The position numbers were made by a program, and so were the translations under genes. A DNA stretch of 64,000 nt from an uncultured delta proteobacterium (lineage in GTDB: Bacteria > Myxococcota_A > Polyangia > Palsa-1104): the NCBI GenBank assembly GCA_963785725.1, contig CAWAWS010000026.1:32001-96000 (forward strand), read 5' to 3'. Below are positions 42,074-52,406 of the stretch, piece after piece; positions within the stretch are counted from its first letter, which is position 1, and every line of letters begins with the position of its first letter. The notes under the pieces are model-generated. The model did no database searches and was not told the DNA's origin. It saw only the letters and a program-made list of their open reading frames with translations.

Positions 42074-43945
42074 TCACAGCGCCGCGAGAAGACTCTGAAA
42101 CTCGACGACGAGCGCTTCGGTGTCCGCGCGCGACACGGCGCTCGCCTTGTAGTTGAAGTTGAAGCACAGGCTCCCGCGATAGCGAATGACGGTGAGCGCG
42201 ATGCCGGTGCGCGGCGCGACCGGTGTCGTGGGGTAGATTTCGTCGACGCTCCAGCCGTCACCGCCGAGGGGCGGCAGCTCGAGCGCGATGAGGTTCGAGA
42301 AGTCGAGCTGATAAGCGGGAAATTTAGTCTCGAAGATGAACGGCTGCGCCTCTTGCAGCGTCATGAGCGCCAGCCACTGCCGCTCGGCCAAGTAGCGCTT
42401 GATGGGCCGATGGCTGTCGCGCAGCACGTCGACCTGCGCCTGAATGTCGCGCGCCATCGGCTCCAAGTCGGGCGCGCGCGCCAAGTCGACCTCGACCTTC
42501 ATCGTCGCCAGGTGGTTGGCGAACGAGACGAAGCCGCCGTCGCGCGGACGCGTCTCCATGAGCAGCTGCGCGACGGTGCGGCCGGCCGCGACGCCGCGCG
42601 CGCGGCCCACACGATCGTTGGCGACGAACAGCGCCGCCGTCAAGAGCGAGTTCAAGCTGCAGCCGATCCGTTTGCGCACGGCGTTCCACGACACGAGCAC
42701 GCTGTCGTCGACGCGCCAGTGCACGGTGCCGTTTTGCCCGGTGTAGTCGTTGCTGCGGTTTTGCAAGAGCGGTGACAGCGGACGGCGCGCCGCGCCGATG
42801 AAGTCGCCGATGAAGGCGAAGTGGCCGGCGACGGTCCACGCGAACCGGCGCGCCGTGCCGAGGCCGAACGCCTCCAGCTCGCTGCGCCGGCCGATCGGCG
42901 CCAGCGCCTCCGCCGACGGGCGGCGACGCGCGCGCGCCGCCTCCAAGAAGCCGGCGAAGTCGACCATCAGGCCGTAAAACGCGCGGCCGTCGGCGATCGC
43001 GTGATGCTGGCGAAAGACGAGCTCGCCGCGACTGTCGCCGGTGCGTACCAGCGTCAGCGTCAGCGGGAAATCGGTGAAGAGATCGAGGTGGCGATCGCGC
43101 TGCTCTTGCAAGAGCGGCTCGAGCGCCGCCGGATCCTCGCGCAGGTCGACGACGCTGAAGATGCCGTCGAGCGTGAACGACGGATCGTGCGCGTAGCGAA
43201 AGCGCGTCGCCGCCGCCGGCGTGCCGTCGAGCGACTGCACCTTCGTCGTCAGCGTCGGATAGCGCGCCACGGTGTCGGCCAGCGCCGTGCGCACGTCGGC
43301 GGGGTCGAGCGCGCCCGTGAAGACGAGCCGCCACGTCACCGTCGCCGAGCAGCCGCGCTCGCGGTTGGTGACGACGAGCCCGCCTTTGTCGAGGTGGTCG
43401 CACGGGTAGACGACGCCGGTGGGCGGCTTGCCGTCGTCGCGGAACCAGCGCGCATCGGCCACGGTCGCGTCCGACTCGGAGGCGATGGCCGCCAGCGCGA
43501 CGACGAGGCCGCTGGCGACGGCCGTGACGCCGGCGAAGAGCGCCTTGAAGTAGACGAAGCCGTCGCGTGACAGCTCCTCGATGCCGAAGACGGTCAGCGC
43601 CGCGACCGCGGGCAGGCCGAGCACGACGACGCTGGCGAAGGCTAGGCCGGCCGCCGACAAGAGCGGGCGGCGCGCCGGCAGCGTCAGCCAGGCGGCGGCG
43701 CGACCCCAGCCGCGCTGGCGGCCCGCGCGCACCTCGCGCCGCGCGGTGAAGCCGACGATGAAGAGCGTGAAGAAGGCCACGAACGCGGCATCGACGAGCG
43801 TATCGACGACGATGGTGCCGCGCGAGATGGCGTGGCGCGCCGGATGGAAGAGCCAGCCCAACAGCCCGTTGAAGAGCGCGTTGACGATGAGCGCCGGCAG
43901 CGCGAGCTGCACGATGAGGTAGCGGCGAAGCGAAGGCGTCCGCAT
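42074..43945 (-). CDS. Membrane-anchored stand-alone condensation/CoA-dependent acyltransferase domain protein
   Basis: About four N-terminal TM segments, then GALDPADVRTALADTVARYPTL and FRQHHAIADG (HHxxxDG). No A or T domain. Confidence 0.75.
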   Translation of the reverse strand: MRTPSLRRYLIVQLALPALIVNALFNGLLGWLFHPARHAISRGTIVVDTLVDAAFVAFFTLFIVGFTARREVRAGRQRGWGRAAAWLTLPARRPLLSAAGLAFASVVVLGLPAVAALTVFGIEELSRDGFVYFKALFAGVTAVASGLVVALAAIASESDATVADARWFRDDGKPPTGVVYPCDHLDKGGLVVTNRERGCSATVTWRLVFTGALDPADVRTALADTVARYPTLTTKVQSLDGTPAAATRFRYAHDPSFTLDGIFSVVDLREDPAALEPLLQEQRDRHLDLFTDFPLTLTLVRTGDSRGELVFRQHHAIADGRAFYGLMVDFAGFLEAARARRRPSAEALAPIGRRSELEAFGLGTARRFAWTVAGHFAFIGDFIGAARRPLSPLLQNRSNDYTGQNGTVHWRVDDSVLVSWNAVRKRIGCSLNSLLTAALFVANDRVGRARGVAAGRTVAQLLMETRPRDGGFVSFANHLATMKVEVDLARAPDLEPMARDIQAQVDVLRDSHRPIKRYLAERQWLALMTLQEAQPFIFETKFPAYQLDFSNLIALELPPLGGDGWSVDEIYPTTPVAPRTGIALTVIRYRGSLCFNFNYKASAVSRADTEALVVEFQSLLAAL

Positions 43946-44442
43946 GCCCGGTCCCCGTTCGTAGCACGCATGACCGTCGCGCGTGTCCGCAAAACGAACG
44001 ATGGCGACCGGCCGAGTGTGGGCGCCGTTGCGCCGGCAACGGCGGAAACGGTCGTCTCGCGTTCGAGACAGCGACGGGAAACTGCAAACGGCCGCTTTAC
44101 GAGCGGGGTCGCGCGCCTCGCTCGTGCCGACGGCCGAGCGTCGCGGAAGCCGCGCAAATCGCGACGATCGCGCGCTCGCGTGTTCACGCGGTCGCGGCAC
44201 GCCGGCTGCAGTCGTGGCTGCTGACGGACTCATGTGCACGCGCCCACATCGCCCGACCTCGCGCTGCGCTCGCGGCCATTCTGCGACGGTAAACCGCTTG
44301 TGGACGCGGCGAGTGACTCATAAGATGGCGACGGGAACGTCTCGTCAGGTCTCGCCGGGTTTCGGGCTCGGCGATGGACGACTGGCTTGAGCACCACCAC
44401 TTGGGAGCGGCGCCGGTTTAGCCCCGGCACCGACGGAGAACG

Positions 44443-46697
44443 ATGACTCGAACGAAGCTCGTGATGCGCGCGGGATTGGTGCTGCTGCTGCTCGTCCCGC
44501 TCGGCTGCTCGCACAACGGCACCAAGAGCGGCGGCGGTGGTGGCGGCAGCGGCGGAGGCAGCGGCGGCGGCAATGGCAACGGCGGCGACGCCGGAATCCC
44601 CGAGGATTTGGTGGTGACGCCGGCCAATCCGGTGCTCGACCTGCAGACGGGACAGCCGGCGCAGACCGTGCAGTTCATGGCGACGAAGTCGGGCACGCCG
44701 ATCACCAACGCGCAGTGGTCGATCGACCGCGGTGAGCTCGGCAGCATCGACGCCAACGGCCTCTTCACGCCGTCGGGCACGCTCGGCGGCGTCGCCATCG
44801 TCACGGCCGCGGCCGGCGCCAGCGATCGCGGCACGACGACGGTGACCATCCACGTCAGCACCACCGAGAACGGCGACCCGGCCTATCCGGCGCCGACGCC
44901 GGGCGCGGGCGGCTATGGCGGCGTTGGCGGCGACGGCCCGGGCGCGCCGCCGTCGGGCACGCAGACGACGACGCTGATGGGCACGCCGACGATGGACGCG
45001 TCGGTGTCGCTGCTCTATCCGTACGACAAGACGGTGTGGCCGCGCGGACTGCTCGCGCCCTTGTTGCAGTGGAACCCAGGCACGCACCACTTCGACTCGG
45101 CGTACATCCACGTGACCGAGGCCAACTTCGAGTACGACGGCTACTTCGCGGCCAACTCGACGACGAGCTTCCAGAACCTGCCGATCCCACAGGACGCCTG
45201 GCATCAGATGACCTACTCGAACGCCGGCGAGGTGGTGACCATCTCGATCGTGCTCGGCGAGGGCGGCCAGGCTTACGGCCCCTACACCGAGACGTGGCGG
45301 ATCGCGCCCGCGACCTTGAAGGGCACCATCTATTACAACTCCTACGGCACCTATCTCGTGCAGAACTCGGGCACCGACGGGCTCGACGCGACCGGCCATC
45401 AGTACGGCGCCGGCACGCTCGCCATCAAGGCCGGCGACACGTCGCCGACGCTCGTCGCCGGCGTCAGCTCGCCGGCTCCGGGCGGCGACGGCACCGGCTG
45501 CCGCGTCTGCCACACCGTCGCCGCCAACGGCAAGTCGCTGGTGACGCAGGCGTCGAACTTGAGCGCCACCGACTACTCGGTCACCAAGTACCTCGACCTG
45601 CTCAACGACACCACCGGCGGCTCGGGCACGGCGCTGACGACGACCACCACCGTCGGCCAGGTCTATCCCGCGCTCTATCCCGACGGAGCGTTGATGCTGG
45701 CGAACGCGGGCGGCTTCAACGGCGGGCAATATCCGCTGCCGCCGACGAGCGTCTTGTACTCCTTGCCCGATGGCGCGCCGGTGATGTCGATGGGCCTGCC
45801 GGACAACTTCCAGGCGACGCTGCCGGTCTTCTCGCCCGACGGCAAATCGGTCGCGTTCAACTTCTGGAGCGGCACCTTCACCGGCGGTCCGACGGGCGAT
45901 CAACGCTCGCTCGCGATCATGGACTTCGATCTGCCCTCGAAGACGTTCTCCAATCCGCGCATCGGATACACGCCGCCGGCCAACACGCCGGTGAGCTTCT
46001 CGTCGTTCCTGCCCGACAGCTCGGGCGTGGTCTTCTCGCTGCAGCTCGCCGCTCCGTTCGGCGCCACCTGGCATCAAGCGACCTCCGAGCTCTGGTGGTA
46101 CGACGTCAAAGCCAACCAGGCGCACCGCCTCGACAACTTGAACGGCCTCGGCTACGCGCCCAACAACGGCTCGACGCACCCGGCCGGCCTCGACGCACGC
46201 TCAACTACGAGCCCACCGTCAACCCGATCGCGTCCGGCGGCTATGCCTGGGTCGTGTTCACCAGCCGCCGCATGTACGGCAACGTCGCCGCCGAGGACCC
46301 GTGGATGAGCGACCCGCGCAACTTCGACGCCACGCAGCACATCACCGACAAGAAGCTGTGGGTGGCCGCCTTCGACCTCAGCCAAGACGAAATCACCACC
46401 GTCGGCGACCCCAGCCATCCGGCGTTCTACCTGCCTGCGCAGGAGCTGCACGCCGGCAACGCGCGCGGCTACTGGAGCGTCGATCCCTGCCACGCCGACG
46501 GCGCCACCTGCGACACCGGCGACGAGTGCTGCGGCGGCTACTGCTCGTCGGAGAACGGCGCGCTCGTGTGCACGTCGCAGAAGCCGCAGTGCTCGGCGGA
46601 GTTCGACAAGTGCACCACGACCGCCGACTGCTGCGGCACGACGCCCGCGCTCTCCTGCATCAACAGCATCTGCACGCAGGCGGTCCCGATTTCGTAG
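44443..46697 (+). CDS. Large lipoprotein: Ig-like, TolB/PD40 propeller and Cys-rich C-terminus (frameshift near 46195)
   Basis: Lipobox PLG-C, Gly linker, LYPYDKTVWPRGL, GTIYYNSY, CRVCH, PVFSPDGK, WVVFTSRR.YGN, C-terminal CC repeats. Confidence 0.8.
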
Positions 46698-46994
46698 TCG
46701 ATCGCGCGATCGAGTCCGTAACGCCTCCCGCCGCTTTAGTCTCCTACAGGTTTACAGTCGATAGAGCTTAGCGCCAAAGCGCGAGGCTCCCGCTCGCCTG
46801 CGGCGCAAGGGACGGCCGAGGCTCAGCCGCTGCCTCTTATGTGCTGTTTATGTCGCTTCTGTTTCCACTGACAGACACAAAATCGGCGCCATTCGATGTT
46901 TTTCGAGGCCAAGAGGTTGCCTTGCCGGAAAGTGCACGCTCATGTCCGCACAGGAAAGGGATATACCGTCGGTGAATATGCTTGTATGAGAATC

Positions 46995-47558
46995 ATGCGT
47001 GCGAGCGACGACGAATTGGTTCTCCACGCGCAATCGGGCGCACCACGGGCTTTCGAACAACTGGTGGCGAGACACCGCCGCGCCGTCTATCAGCTGGCGC
47101 TGCGGGTCACCTCCAATCCGCACGACGCTGAAGAGATCGTGCAGGACACGTTGCTGGTGCTGCATCGTCGATTGGCGTCTTTCCGCGGTGAATCGAAGTT
47201 CTCCACTTGGCTGTACAGCGTCACGCGCAACGCGGCGCTCATGCACGTGCGGCAGCGTCCGCGCGCCGAATTCTGGCGCGACGACGAGCGCCCGAGCGAA
47301 GACGAGCGCCCGGTCGACAACAACCTCGACGAGGTCGACGCCGAGACGGTGCTGGCGCGGCGGCAGCTGGCGCGCACGGCGCTCTTGGAGCTGTCGCGGT
47401 TGCCCGACGAATATCGCGTGCCCTTCGTGCTCCGCGACGTCGAAGGGCTGTCCAGCCGCGAGACGGCGGACGCGGTCGGCATCAACGTCAACCTCGTGCG
47501 CCAGCGCGTCTATCGCGCCCGCCGCATGCTGCGCCGCCGTTTGCGCCCGTACGTTTAG
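46995..47558 (+). CDS. ECF sigma-70 factor
   Basis: SDDELV, AFEQLV.RH, DAEEIVQD, FRGESKFSTWLY, LPDEYRVPFVLRDVEGLS..ETA, VRQRVYRAR. Confidence 0.9.
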   Translation: MRASDDELVLHAQSGAPRAFEQLVARHRRAVYQLALRVTSNPHDAEEIVQDTLLVLHRRLASFRGESKFSTWLYSVTRNAALMHVRQRPRAEFWRDDERPSEDERPVDNNLDEVDAETVLARRQLARTALLELSRLPDEYRVPFVLRDVEGLSSRETADAVGINVNLVRQRVYRARRMLRRRLRPYV

Positions 47559-47612
47559 TTGCGACAGCCGTTAATCATTGCGCGACAGCGAAATAGTTGC
47601 GCTAAACGATAA

Positions 47613-47801
47613 CTAGTCGTTCTCGCTCTCGGCGCTGATGTTGAAGCCGTCTTCGTCAGGGTCATAGACGGCGACGATGCGGTTGGGCCGGCAGCAGACC
47701 GGGCAATCCTCGATGTATTCCTGATTCGTGCCGCCGCCGGGATCGGGCGCGGTGTCGACCTGCTCGCCGCAGTGCGGGCACGAGTAGAAGCCGGCGCTCA
47801 T
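47613..47801 (-). CDS. CPXCG-motif cysteine-rich protein
   Basis: CPHCGE...QEYIEDCPVCCRPN. Confidence 0.85.
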   Translation of the reverse strand: MSAGFYSCPHCGEQVDTAPDPGGGTNQEYIEDCPVCCRPNRIVAVYDPDEDGFNISAESEND

Positions 47802-47802
47802 C

Positions 47803-48033
47803 TCAAATGACCTTGTACAGCACCAAGCCCACCGACAAGATCATGGCGACGAAGATCAGCGCCACGCCGATGTTTCCCTTCTTGATCTCGGCCCATTCGT
47901 CGATGTCTTTGGAGAGCACGTCGAACACCTTGATGGCGAGCGCCATGGCGAACGCGAAGCTCACCGCCGCCACCAGCGCCCACGCCATGCTGCGCGCCAT
48001 CTGCCACAACGTCATCGTGATCTCGTTCGCCAT
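47803..48033 (-). CDS. DUF350 family small membrane protein
   Basis: Two TM segments, IDEWAEIKKGNIGVA; AAGGGG SD. Confidence 0.78.
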   Translation of the reverse strand: MANEITMTLWQMARSMAWALVAAVSFAFAMALAIKVFDVLSKDIDEWAEIKKGNIGVALIFVAMILSVGLVLYKVI

Positions 48034-48048
48034 GGATTCCCCTTTTCG

Positions 48049-49362
48049 TCATTTCAACCGAATCGGATAGTCGATTTCGCGCGGCTCGCCGGAAAAGCGC
48101 GGCAGCTGCACGGCGCCGATGACGCCGGCCAAACAGCGGTGCAGCGGGCCGCCGCGCAGCTGCGCCTCTTTGAGCGCGATGTCGGTCGCCTGTCCCGCCG
48201 GCTGCCAGCGCAGCGACACGACGACGCCTGCAAAGCCGGCGTTGCGCGCGGCTTCGGCTTTGGCGCAGGCGGCGATGTCGCCGAAGCGCGCGTTCAGGAG
48301 CGCGAGCGCCTGGTTGTCATCGGGCGGCGGCGCGTCGCTCGCCTCACCGCCGCCGCGCGCGTCACGGTCGTCGAAGCCGATGCGCTGCGCGTCCTGACGG
48401 ACCTCCTCGACGTAGGTCGACCACAAGGCGCTCAGGTCGAGCTTGCCGTCGAGCATTTGGGCGACGCCGGCGCCGGGCGCGCGATAACGATGGGTCTCCA
48501 CTTTGCGCATCGGGACGTCGAGCGCGACCTCGAGGCGGACGTCGGGCGGCGTCGCCGTGCTTGTGCGCAGCGCGGTCATCTCGGCGACGAGCGCGTCGAG
48601 CACCTGCTGCTGCAGGCGGTTGCGATCGCCCTTGGCGCGCACGCTGACGTCGACGCTGCCGGCCGAGCGCGAGACCGACGGCACGCCGATGAGCTGCACG
48701 CGCCGGAGCGACGCTTCGTGCGCCACCGCCTTCAACATCAGCGGCTCGAAGTCTTCTTGGGCGTGGGCGCGCGCGTCGAGCCAGGCCAGGCCGCCGCCGG
48801 GCGTGGCCGCGGCCGTGATGCAATCGCCGATGGCGATGCGCTGCGCGCTCAGCTCGTCGCCGCGCGCGCCGCCGGCGGCCTCGAGCGTCAACGTCTTGAA
48901 GACCAGCTTGTAGCCGGGGCTGGCGTAGACCGCTTTGCCGACGGCGCGACCGACGAGCTCGATGTGCCGCGCCACGGCGTCGCGACAGACGGTGCGATCG
49001 CAGGGGTCGATGACGAGCTCGATGTCGACGTCGATCTCGGCCATCGACTTCAGCCGCTCGGCGCTGACGCGGCCGGGATAGAGGAAGACGACGAGCTTCG
49101 GCGTCGCCCGCGGCCGCTCGCGCTTGAGCTCGGCGCGCAGGCGATTCTCGATCTGCTCCAGGTCGCGGGTCGAGAAGCCTTGCGGACCGCCCAACGCCGC
49201 ATCCAGCTGCGCGTCGAGCTCGTCGGTAGGCGCGTCGATCTTGGTGCGTTTGCCGGTCGCGAAGTCGTCTTGGTACATCGGCGTCGGCTTGCCTTGCGCG
49301 CGCGCCGTCGCGGTCGTGGCGGCGACGCAGGCCAAGCAGGAGAGCCCGAAAAGGAGCCGCAC
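48049..49362 (-). CDS. Exported protein with C-terminal AgmX/PglI (TonB-C-like) domain
   Basis: Signal peptide; C-terminal IAAC...G.VVVSLRWQPAG...LHRCL...LPRFSG....DYPI. Confidence 0.65.
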   Translation of the reverse strand: MRLLFGLSCLACVAATTATARAQGKPTPMYQDDFATGKRTKIDAPTDELDAQLDAALGGPQGFSTRDLEQIENRLRAELKRERPRATPKLVVFLYPGRVSAERLKSMAEIDVDIELVIDPCDRTVCRDAVARHIELVGRAVGKAVYASPGYKLVFKTLTLEAAGGARGDELSAQRIAIGDCITAAATPGGGLAWLDARAHAQEDFEPLMLKAVAHEASLRRVQLIGVPSVSRSAGSVDVSVRAKGDRNRLQQQVLDALVAEMTALRTSTATPPDVRLEVALDVPMRKVETHRYRAPGAGVAQMLDGKLDLSALWSTYVEEVRQDAQRIGFDDRDARGGGEASDAPPPDDNQALALLNARFGDIAACAKAEAARNAGFAGVVVSLRWQPAGQATDIALKEAQLRGGPLHRCLAGVIGAVQLPRFSGEPREIDYPIRLK

Positions 49363-49817
49363 CGCCGCATCGTATCATCGCTCGACGAGGCGCGAAAGCA
49401 GCGGGAGCCCAGGTTTGAACCTCAGCGACGCGAGACGTGGCGACTGCGCGCGGCGCGACGGCGCCTGATGCGTGACCGATGCGCGGCCGAGACCACGCGC
49501 TGCCGGCGACGGCGTCGACGAACGTGCCCCCGAGATCGAGGTAGCGGCGCGGCGCAGCGTTCGACCCCGCCTCGTCGCGGCCGCCGACGCCGATAATCGC
49601 GACCGAGCTTACCGCCTCCCTGGCGAAACCTCGCGCGCCGGCCGCGTCGAATGGGACGCGTTGCGGGCGTGACCGAAGGCCGCTTTGACGTCGCTGACCA
49701 GTGAATTCGCTGCGCTTTGGCTTGGGCGAGCCGCGTCACGGACCTTGACCCAATGTCTGGACTCTGAAAATATGTAAGGTAGGCCGCCACGTCTACGGCG
49801 CCTTATGGGGGACCTAG

Positions 49818-50528
49818 ATGATGAAGTGGGAAGTGCGCGCGCTACTGGCGCTCTGTTGCCTTCTCGCCGCCGGCTGCCCCAACGGCGCCGGCGTCACCTG
49901 CCCCAATGGTCAAGAGTACTGCAACGGCGTTTGCATCTCGGTCACCAACGACATCCACAACTGCGGCACCTGCAACAAGACCTGCTCGGCCGAGCTCGCC
50001 TGTATCAACGGCGGCTGCGCCTGTCCGGGCAAGCTGAGCGACTGCGGCTCGACGTGCGTCGACACCAACGTCGACGGCCATAACTGCGGCGCCTGCGGCA
50101 ACGCGTGCGGGCCCGGTCAAGTCTGCTCCGCCGGCAAATGCGCGCTGAGCTGCCCCAACAATCTGACGATGTGCTCCGGCGGCTGCGTCGACACGACCAG
50201 CAACCCCATCAACTGCGGCACCTGCAACAACGTCTGCGGCCCCAACAATTACTGCGTCGGCGGCCAGTGCGTCTTCGGCTGCCCCTCGCCGCTCATGACC
50301 TGCAGCGACAGCGCCAACATGACCCTGGCCTGCTACGACACCAACGTCGACAGCAACAACTGCGGCACCTGCGGCAACGTCTGCCCGCAAGGTAACATCT
50401 GCTGCGGCGGCAGCTGCCTCGTCCCCGACACGTGGGATCATTGCGGCAGCTGCGCCGGCTGCCCCGACGACACGTACACCTGCTTCACCGATGGCGCCTT
50501 CTTCTGCTTCCAGATGTCGCCCGGATGA
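49818..50528 (+). CDS. Cys-rich repeat lipoprotein (MXAN_6577/Stigma1-like repeats)
   Basis: Lipobox LAAG-C; four to five repeats of C.D(T)..(D/N)..NCG.C...C. Confidence 0.8.
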   Translation: MMKWEVRALLALCCLLAAGCPNGAGVTCPNGQEYCNGVCISVTNDIHNCGTCNKTCSAELACINGGCACPGKLSDCGSTCVDTNVDGHNCGACGNACGPGQVCSAGKCALSCPNNLTMCSGGCVDTTSNPINCGTCNNVCGPNNYCVGGQCVFGCPSPLMTCSDSANMTLACYDTNVDSNNCGTCGNVCPQGNICCGGSCLVPDTWDHCGSCAGCPDDTYTCFTDGAFFCFQMSPG

Positions 50529-52387
50529 AGCGCCTCGCGCTCGTCATTGCGGCACTGCTGGCATTGCCGGTCGCCGCTTGGGCCGAAGGCTTCGCGCTCG
50601 ATCGTTACGAGCCCAACGCCGCCGGCGACTGGTTCCTCTCGGTGCCGCACCCGTGGTACTCGCGCACGCGCTTCTTCGCCGGCGGGCTGACGCTCGACTA
50701 CTCGCATAACCCGCTGCTCGGCGGCTTCTACGACAACGGCTTTCACCAGACGACGGCGATCGTCGAGCATCAGCTGGTCGGGCACATCGACTTGGCGGCG
50801 TCGTTCTTGGATCGCGTCCAGGTCTCGCTGTCGCTGCCCGTGGTCCTCGTCGAGCATGGCGAGACGTCGTTCGGCGTGTCGCCGCTGCAGAGCGGCGCCG
50901 TCGGCGATCCGCGCGTCGGCGTGATGGTGCGCTTGTGGGGCCAGGCCGATCGCGCGCTGTCGCTGCACCTCGGCGGCTACCTGTTCATTCCCGTCGGCAG
51001 CGAGGACAAGCACGCCGGCGACGCCACCGTGCGCGGGCTGCCGCAAGCGATCGTGGCCGGTCTCATTCGGCATCACCTGCGCTACTCGGGCGTCGTCGGC
51101 ATCTACATTCGCCAGCAGGCGCAGCTCGGCTTCGGCCCGGCGGCGACGGCGGCGAGCGAATTCCAGCTGGCCGGCGCCGTCGCCTGGACCGACCGCGAGC
51201 AGCGCTGGCAAATCGGCCCCGAGGCGAACTTCGCCACCGACATCGCCGGTCCGCGCGTCGGCCGCAAATACGGCACCAGCTTGGAGCTCCTCTTGGGCGC
51301 GCAATTACACGTCGCCAAGACGATCTTGGTCGGCGCCGGCGTCGGCACCGGCCTGGTCTCGATGATCGGCACGCCCGACGCGCGCGCGCTCTTGCGCGTG
51401 GCCTACGCGCCGATTCGCAAGCCGCCCAAGCCGCGCGACAGCGACGGCGACGGCGTGGCCGACGACATCGACGCCTGTCCCAACGCCGCCGGTCCCGCCA
51501 CGATGGTTCGTGGCACGAACGGTTGCCCCGACGGCGATCGCGACGGCGTCCCCGACGCGCAGGACGAATGCCCGAACGCGCCGCCCGGCAGCGTGCCCGA
51601 CCCGGCGCATCCCGGCTGCCCGCGCGACAGCGATCACGACGGCATCCCCGACGCTGAAGACCAATGCCCCGGCGATCCGGCGACGGCCACGACCGACGCC
51701 GCGCGGCCCGGCTGCCCGCGCGACAGCGATCACGACGGCGTGCCCGATGCGCAGGACGCCTGCCCCAACGACGCGCCCGGCGCACACCCCGATCTGGCGC
51801 GCGCCGGCTGCCCGCAGCTCGACAGCGATCACGACGGCGTGCCCGACGCCGAGGACGCCTGCCCGAACGATCCGCCGGGCGCGGTCGTCGATCCGAAACG
51901 GCCCGGCTGCCCCATCGCCGACGCCGACAACGACGGCGTGCCCGACGCCGAGGACGCCTGCCCGAAGGATCCGGGCGTCGCCAGCGCCGACACCAAGGCC
52001 AACGGCTGCCCGCAGCTGTCGTCGCTGCAGCCGGGCGACGTGCTGCGGCTGCACTCGGTGCACTTCGAGACCAACAAGTGGACCCTGTTGCCCGAGAGCG
52101 ATCCCATCCTCGACGAAGTGACGAAGCTCTTGCAGGAGCACAAAGAGATCGGCGAGGTGATCATCGAAGGGCACGCCGACGATCGCGGCACGCCGGCGTG
52201 GAATCTGCGGCTGTCGCGCCATCGCGCGCAGGCGGTCGTCGATTACCTCGTCAAGAAGGGCGTGCGCGCCAGTCGGCTGCGCGCCGTCGGCCTCGGCGAC
52301 ACCAAGCCGCTCGACCCCGAGCGCAACGACGATGCGCGCGCCAAGAACCGCCGCGTCGAGGTCCGCATCCCCGACGCCAAGAAGTAA
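50525..52387 (+). CDS. OmpA-family protein: N-terminal beta-barrel, TSP3 repeats, OmpA C-domain (TraB-like)
   Basis: Signal peptide, FALDRYEP, LDYSHNPL, GDPRVG; DSDGDGVADD.DACP repeats; VHFETNK, IEGHADDRG...NLRLSRHRA, NRRVE. ATGA overlap with the upstream gene. Confidence 0.85.
   Translation: MKRLALVIAALLALPVAAWAEGFALDRYEPNAAGDWFLSVPHPWYSRTRFFAGGLTLDYSHNPLLGGFYDNGFHQTTAIVEHQLVGHIDLAASFLDRVQVSLSLPVVLVEHGETSFGVSPLQSGAVGDPRVGVMVRLWGQADRALSLHLGGYLFIPVGSEDKHAGDATVRGLPQAIVAGLIRHHLRYSGVVGIYIRQQAQLGFGPAATAASEFQLAGAVAWTDREQRWQIGPEANFATDIAGPRVGRKYGTSLELLLGAQLHVAKTILVGAGVGTGLVSMIGTPDARALLRVAYAPIRKPPKPRDSDGDGVADDIDACPNAAGPATMVRGTNGCPDGDRDGVPDAQDECPNAPPGSVPDPAHPGCPRDSDHDGIPDAEDQCPGDPATATTDAARPGCPRDSDHDGVPDAQDACPNDAPGAHPDLARAGCPQLDSDHDGVPDAEDACPNDPPGAVVDPKRPGCPIADADNDGVPDAEDACPKDPGVASADTKANGCPQLSSLQPGDVLRLHSVHFETNKWTLLPESDPILDEVTKLLQEHKEIGEVIIEGHADDRGTPAWNLRLSRHRAQAVVDYLVKKGVRASRLRAVGLGDTKPLDPERNDDARAKNRRVEVRIPDAKK
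51436..52012 (+). repeat. Coding thrombospondin type-3-like Ca-binding repeats (about six units)
   Basis: D(S/G/A)D(H/G/R/N)DG(V/I)(P/A)D...D.CP....GCP repeated. Confidence 0.85.
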
Positions 52388-52406
52388 CGCCTACTCGCCG
52401 TAACGA

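Noticed and set aside
44076..44125. c-di-GMP-I riboswitch-like start (GGGAAACTGCAAAC)
   Set aside because: Lacks the GNRA-capped P2 and the downstream GCAAAG/receptor stem pattern.
49472..49672. 66-aa ORF as a RiPP precursor for LanB or the PCAT
   Set aside because: No SD, no double-glycine leader, no Cys and few Ser/Thr; probably non-coding.
49818..50528. Calling the Cys-rich lipoprotein traA
   Set aside because: No variable/PA14-like domain and no MYXO-CTERM; it has a lipobox instead.
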